A stretch of DNA of 25,528 bases from a virus (Duplodnaviria > Caudoviricetes). A program made the translations under genes and the position numbers. Below, piece after piece: positions 22,761 through 25,528 of this stretch. The notes beneath the pieces were generated by a model. That model had not been told where the DNA came from and searched no databases. It saw nothing but the letters and a program-made list of their open reading frames with translations. The DNA is taken from IMG/VR virus record IMGVR_UViG_3300021962_000588, positions 1-25,528 of that record; one strand, 5' to 3'. Within the stretch, counting starts at the first letter, position 1. The number at the start of each line of letters is the position of its first letter.

Positions 22761-23920
22761 ACAAACCCCATCTTTCTAGTAACAGGTTTAACACTATTGG
22801 TATTCTGTTCAAAAAATACGTCTGCAATGCTCCATTTTTCTTTGTCGCCTTTGAGTTTGACACCAGACTTGTTTGCAAGCAACTTAGCTTCGTCCAGTGT
22901 AAGCTCACGGAATGTCAGAATGTCATAGCAACGCCCAGGGCGAACAAGGGCAGGATCAATCTCTTTGATTGAGTTTAGATTGGTCGAGAACACAAGCTTT
23001 TTGTTACGTGTTGTAACAAGCCCATCACCAACATTCAGAAACTTGTGCATCATCGTATTACCATCTTCACGAGGCTTCAAAAACATATCAGCATCTTCAA
23101 GTACGAATACTGATTTATCACCCTCGATAAACGATGCAAAGACATAATCCTTTTCAAGAATATTTGCATCATAAGAGACCAGAGCGGATGCCTTGCAGTG
23201 TTGTAGAAGCCCACGAATGAAAGTTGTTTTGCCTGTTCCAGGCGGTCCAATCAGCAGTAGGATCGATGCTGAAGAATTCATGAAGGATTCATAGTATTCT
23301 TCAAGAGATTGATCCTGTAGAAAAGGATACATCTCTTTGATAGGCATACGATCGGGGCGCAGAGGAATTTCAATTGATTGCCCGTCAGGGCTATAAACCC
23401 ATTCTACACCATTCGATATGGCATCAAAGCTGTTTAGAACTTTTTCTTTATACTTTTGAATAAAGTCGAAATCTCCTACAAGTTCAATCGAAACGTGTGT
23501 TGAGTGAACATTGTATTCTAGAAACGATAGACTATTGTCTTCGAAAATAAAACCTCTTGATTCGGAAACTTCAACACGACGTAATACGTCCGATGTATTA
23601 TCTTCAATCAAACTTGCGATAAACTTTTTCCAATTATTTTTAGTTGCATGAACATCCACAATTTCATGCAGGCTCTCCATATTTTTCGATACACGATCCG
23701 ATATGAGCTTGCAAGTAAGCATATCGGTAAGATCGGTTGCACCAAGGAAAATATCGGAATCAACTTTATTCATAGCATCATACCTCACGACTGTTTTTTT
23801 CATTATTCTACGATTTCTAACTTTAGCGATTATCTTCCTAGACCTCTTAATACGAATAAGGTCTTTATATTTTCCATCGAAAGATATTTTAAGTCTATCA
23901 ATTCGAAAATTTGGAATCAT
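22757..23920 (-). CDS. AAA+ ATPase
   Basis: Walker A GPPGTGKT, Walker B VFVLEDAD, FLNVGDG, STN, IDPALVRPGR, terminal MGF. Confidence 0.92.
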   Translation of the reverse strand: MIPNFRIDRLKISFDGKYKDLIRIKRSRKIIAKVRNRRIMKKTVVRYDAMNKVDSDIFLGATDLTDMLTCKLISDRVSKNMESLHEIVDVHATKNNWKKFIASLIEDNTSDVLRRVEVSESRGFIFEDNSLSFLEYNVHSTHVSIELVGDFDFIQKYKEKVLNSFDAISNGVEWVYSPDGQSIEIPLRPDRMPIKEMYPFLQDQSLEEYYESFMNSSASILLLIGPPGTGKTTFIRGLLQHCKASALVSYDANILEKDYVFASFIEGDKSVFVLEDADMFLKPREDGNTMMHKFLNVGDGLVTTRNKKLVFSTNLNSIKEIDPALVRPGRCYDILTFRELTLDEAKLLANKSGVKLKGDKEKWSIADVFFEQNTNSVKPVTRKMGFV

Positions 23921-24039
23921 TATTCTTCAACAATCCAGGTTTTCCAATCTAACCTTTTAATACGGTCAAGGTTGTAGTTACGCATCATGCAATACTTCCA
24001 TGCTTCAAGGTAGAAAGAAAATTCTTTGAGACTAGCCAT
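23920..24039 (-). CDS. Small hypothetical protein (39 aa), not in the ORF track
   Basis: MASLKEFSFYLEAWKYCMMRNYNLDRIKRLDWKTWIVEE*; GAGGTGA SD; fills the gap and is coupled to the AAA gene. Confidence 0.7.
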   Translation of the reverse strand: MASLKEFSFYLEAWKYCMMRNYNLDRIKRLDWKTWIVEE

Positions 24040-24319
24040 CAATCACCTCTTCAAATAGTTCATTAATTTTGGTGCGACATTCTACAACACCTCTATTGTA
24101 GCCGTTTAGATATGCTGCTGTCAAGTAATTCTTTATGTGTTGTTGGTAAAAATCATTTGCTATTTCTTGAATGTGTTTCCTTTCTTCTTTGGTTGTACCT
24201 TCGACATAGGGAAAGGAATAGCCACCGGGATCTTTTTCCTTTTCGATAAAATAATCCGACTTTAATAGTATGCAAAGCGCAGATATTAGATTTTCAGGAT
24301 TATTTTTCACAGGTCCCAT
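24032..24319 (-). CDS. Hypothetical protein
   Basis: 95-aa ORF overlapping both neighbours. Confidence 0.65.
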   Translation of the reverse strand: MGPVKNNPENLISALCILLKSDYFIEKEKDPGGYSFPYVEGTTKEERKHIQEIANDFYQQHIKNYLTAAYLNGYNRGVVECRTKINELFEEVIDG

Positions 24320-24471
24320 TCGTTCAAAGATTCTTTGACGGCAACATCAAACTTTTTGCCCTGTTCCACTTTTTCCATTACTGTTGCAATAAAAGGTACA
24401 CTTAGATTTTGCTGTTTTGCAAACTCCACAATCTTCAGAAACCTTTCTGCTTCTTTCTTATAATTTTCCAT
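24307..24471 (-). CDS. Small hypothetical protein (54 aa), not in the ORF track
   Basis: MENYKKEAERFLKIVEFAKQQNLSVPFIATVMEKVEQGKKFDVAVKESLNEWDL*. Confidence 0.65.
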   Translation of the reverse strand: MENYKKEAERFLKIVEFAKQQNLSVPFIATVMEKVEQGKKFDVAVKESLNEWDL

Positions 24472-24472
24472 C

Positions 24473-24652
24473 TTACGTTTTTTTCAACTTGAATTTATTC
24501 AAAACGCTTGCAGCATCATTATAGCTCGACATGTTTTGAATTTGTTTTTCGATTTTGTTGTCGACTTCGAGAGTGATTAGGTTAGAGATATAACCTTTGT
24601 CGACACGACGGACATTGAGTGTAAAAACGGTATCAAGATTAAAACGATTCAT
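24473..24652 (-). CDS. Small hypothetical protein (59 aa), not in the ORF track
   Basis: MNRFNLDTVFTLNVRRVDKGYISNLITLEVDNKIEKQIQNMSSYNDAASVLNKFKLKKT*; GGAG SD. Confidence 0.7.
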   Translation of the reverse strand: MNRFNLDTVFTLNVRRVDKGYISNLITLEVDNKIEKQIQNMSSYNDAASVLNKFKLKKT

Positions 24653-24664
24653 AATAACTCCAAT

Positions 24665-24690
24665 AAAAAAGAGGGAGGTGTAACCTCCCT
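24665..24690 (-). terminator. Intrinsic terminator
   Basis: AGGGAGG-TTACA-CCTCCCT followed by CTTTTTT, downstream of 24708..25052. Confidence 0.85.
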
Positions 24691-24707
24691 ATATAGGCAC
24701 TATTTGA

Positions 24708-25052
24708 TTATGCTGCTACAGTTTCGCCAACTTCATCACGCTTGGGTGTAGGCTGAACAGGTGAAACGGGAGTGACAGGTTTGACCTGTTTGCCAATATA
24801 ACGCCCTTCTGGGCTGAATTCGTCTGGGTTCATCAGTTGATAGCCGGTGACTTTACGCCCGTCTTTATGCACTCTCACGACACCACCATCTTTTCGAATG
24901 TTATAGATGTTGGTCGATAGACGATACAGGACATTTTCTTGGTCAGACCCTTTAAAACACTCACGAATTTGTTCGGGTGATACAGGTTTGCCAGACAGAA
25001 GGACGCAAGCGATTTTCTCGTGACGATTGATTTTACCAGTATGTTTGCTCAT
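24708..25052 (-). CDS. Early protein, probable winged helix-turn-helix
   Basis: LLSGKPVSPEQI...YRLSTNIYNIRKDG..V......GYQL pattern. Start moved to the ATG at 25052 (GAGGA SD). Has its own promoter and terminator. Confidence 0.65.
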   Translation of the reverse strand: MSKHTGKINRHEKIACVLLSGKPVSPEQIRECFKGSDQENVLYRLSTNIYNIRKDGGVVRVHKDGRKVTGYQLMNPDEFSPEGRYIGKQVKPVTPVSPVQPTPKRDEVGETVAA

Positions 25053-25099
25053 TTCAAAGTTCCTCATCAAGTTTAAAGTAAATATTCACCAGAGATATT

Positions 25100-25128
25100 A
25101 TTATAGCATAGCTGGTTTCTGGTGGCAA
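25100..25128 (-). promoter_or_regulatory. Sigma70-type early promoter
   Basis: TTGCCA-17 nt-TATAAT with TGc extension; same design as 22516-22544. Confidence 0.85.
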
Positions 25129-25138
25129 CCATGCCATG

Positions 25139-25528
25139 CTACTGTTGCATCTTTACAACACCATACAGAAGTTGCATGGCATCTGCCAGACAGTCATCCA
25201 CCGGGTCATGTTTTGTTATATTTAAGCTAAAATTAAAATCAGGATAGTACACATCCACATATCCCTTTTCGGTGTTATAGAAGATATCAATAGCAGTTCT
25301 TACATCACGCCACCGAGCGTATGGAAAGACAGGATCGATACCCAGTTGTTCTTCAATGTCATCCATGACCAACTGGTCTAGATTGCCTCTTGCCCATACC
25401 CAAGATTTGTTATCATTGAATTGTTTTACATAGTTACGCAACATCTCATAGCCATCTTCAAAGATAACATCATCGTCGGTTGGATAGAATGACTTCTTTT
25501 TTACATTCTCGCACTGCTTGGCCCACCA
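25139..25528 (-). CDS. dexA: DexA-like DEDDh 3'-5' exonuclease, 5' end outside the window
   Basis: Frame open to the edge: WWAKQ...VWARG..D...WRDVRTAID...KHDPVDDC..D. Confidence 0.8.
   Translation of the reverse strand, partial: WWAKQCENVKKKSFYPTDDDVIFEDGYEMLRNYVKQFNDNKSWVWARGNLDQLVMDDIEEQLGIDPVFPYARWRDVRTAIDIFYNTEKGYVDVYYPDFNFSLNITKHDPVDDCLADAMQLLYGVVKMQQ

Overview
AT-rich segment of a T4-like myovirus genome, probably aquatic. A betaproteobacterial host is suggested only by the tmRNA tag. The left ~7.9 kb is a late/structural block: partial gp48-like (-), then on + gp4, an inserted GT4-FkbM fusion, gp2, gp54, gp26, a gp51-like ORF and two paralogous hub/tape-measure-like genes. The rest is almost entirely on the minus strand: gp32, 5'-nucleotidase, gp59, gp33, an envelope gene cluster, a circularly permuted (two-piece) tmRNA, a 5-gene module with three tandem six-repeat (beta-propeller-like) paralogs, a PD-(D/E)xK exonuclease, phoH, a 2OG-Fe(II) oxygenase, MazG-like, DenV-like, a glycosyltransferase, small ORFs, an AAA ATPase and a partial DexA-like gene. 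A GIY-YIG endonuclease is inserted on +. Top observations: the permuted phage tmRNA with a structured intervening segment, a candidate -1 frameshift joining gp26 to gp51, repeated intergenic pseudoknots, and a repeat scaffold with site-restricted hypervariation. All family calls come from motif recognition by eye; no database searches were run.
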